A stretch of DNA of 63,171 nt, the filler included, from Reclinomonas americana ATCC 50394 (lineage: Eukaryota), in assembly GCA_048213135.1 (NCBI GenBank). It is 6 parts of 4 records of this genome, joined end to end, with 100 filler letters (N's around TTAATTAATTAA, not from the genome) between each part and the next. Parts side by side here need not be neighbours in the genome. Positions count along the whole stretch, not along the records: positions 59,551 to 63,171 come from PS015175.1; 5 more parts are not named here. One strand, written 5' to 3'. The notes beneath the pieces were generated by a model that searched no databases, was not told the origin of the DNA, and saw only the letters and a list, made by a program, of their open reading frames with translations. This document shows positions 62,148 to 63,171 of the stretch, piece by piece (positions within the stretch are counted from its first letter, which is position 1; every line of letters starts with the position of its first letter). The position numbers and the translations under genes are program-made.

Positions 62148-62713
62148 TTACATGTCTTGCCACTTGAAGCGAATGCGGTGATTGCAGTAGCCCTGCGGGT
62201 TCTTCTCCAGATACTGCTGGTGCTCCTCCTCCGCCGGGTAAAACTCATTGGCCTCCACAATGTCGGTGGTGACGCGTGCCGTCTCAAAGCGCGCGCCCGA
62301 CAACCTGCCCGCATCAATCAGTGCCTGCACCTGCTCCTTGGCGCGCTGCGCGGCGGCCAGCTGCTCGGGCGAGTGCGCGAAAATCACCGACGCGTACTGC
62401 GTGCCCGTGTCGTTGCCTTGGCGATTGAGCGTGGTCGGATCGTGGAAGGTGAAGAAGAACTTGGCCAGCTCCTCGTAGTCGACCTTCGTCGGGTCGTACT
62501 CCACGTGCGCCACCTCCACGTGGCCGGTCTCACCGGAGCACACCTCGCGGTATGACGGATTCTGCGAGAGGAGTCAGTGAGGGGGGAAGAGGGGGGAGAA
62601 AAAGGAAGTGGCCACACACAGACCTTCTTCGCCCTCTTGTCGGGCGACATGAAGCCGACGGCGGTCGACAAGATCGCACCCGGGTGCGCCTTGGCAAAGT
62701 TCGAGGCAAAGTA
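62148..62713 (-). CDS. msrA: Peptide methionine sulfoxide reductase A; 5' exon(s) outside the window
   Basis: Motifs NPSYREVCSGETGHVEV, HDPTTLNRQGNDTGTQYASVIF and FYPAEEEHQQYLEKNPQGYC. Confidence 0.95.
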
Positions 62714-63096
62714 CTGCGCAGATGGAGGGGAAGAAGGGGTGAATTCAGGGGCAGAGAGGAGATGAAGGGAAGACCTCAACAGAGCGAGCTCTCTCTTGTG
62801 GATTCTTCTCCAGTTAACCTCGCACTCCCTTGAGAGGCTGAGGGTGGCAGTTTCTCATCATCCATGCCTCTCTTTCTCTCTCTGACGGCTGTTTCTCATG
62901 CATTCGCACGCGCTCTCACTCATGGCAACTGGCGGTTCTCCCCGTCACTGCGTCAGCGTCACTCTCTTTCTCTCCTCTCTGATCGTGTCTGTCTCTCGTG
63001 CATTCGCCCGCGGTCTCACTCTCTCCCAGTGGACGTCACACCCTCTGACTGGCATCAGTTCCACTTGTCACTGCTTCCACGCTGCAATCTTTTTTC

Positions 63097-63106
63097 CCTC
63101 TCTCTC

Positions 63107-63171
<65 letters not shown>
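63097..63171. repeat. (CT)n microsatellite
   Basis: Near-pure CT run to the window end. Confidence 0.97.

Overview
This is eukaryotic, not prokaryotic, DNA: a GC-rich, gene-dense scaffold from a flagellated protist. Spliceosomal introns are short (mostly about 60-110 nt), (CA)n/(CT)n microsatellites are abundant, and intergenic gaps are often under 100 nt. The ORF track is fragmented by introns, so I built about 25 gene models by hand from GT-AG junctions. Recognisable genes are PPP4R2-like, vezatin-like, PX-BAR sorting nexin, PRPS, a claudin-like tetraspan, GCP6, CFAP96-like, an AAAP amino-acid transporter, BTB-BACK-SPRY, an FAD oxidoreductase with a PTS2 signal, a formin, DRG1, DPY30, Tvp15/COPI-associated, cytosolic AspRS, eIF3b, DNAI1, ERO1, spermidine synthase and MsrA. 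Several genes are unrecognised, including a very large PH-like/ARM-like protein. The most striking signal is a common, register-shifted class of 5' splice sites: at least 30 introns start GTTGCG, the local GTGCG donor with an extra T, and almost none of them has an exonic -1 G. Other observations are giant introns built from degenerate CT-rich repeats, very tight tandem gene spacing, no TAG stop codons, and two contigs that are probably mis-oriented in the scaffold. No database searches were run, so family calls rest on motif recall and the coordinates of unrecognised genes are approximate.
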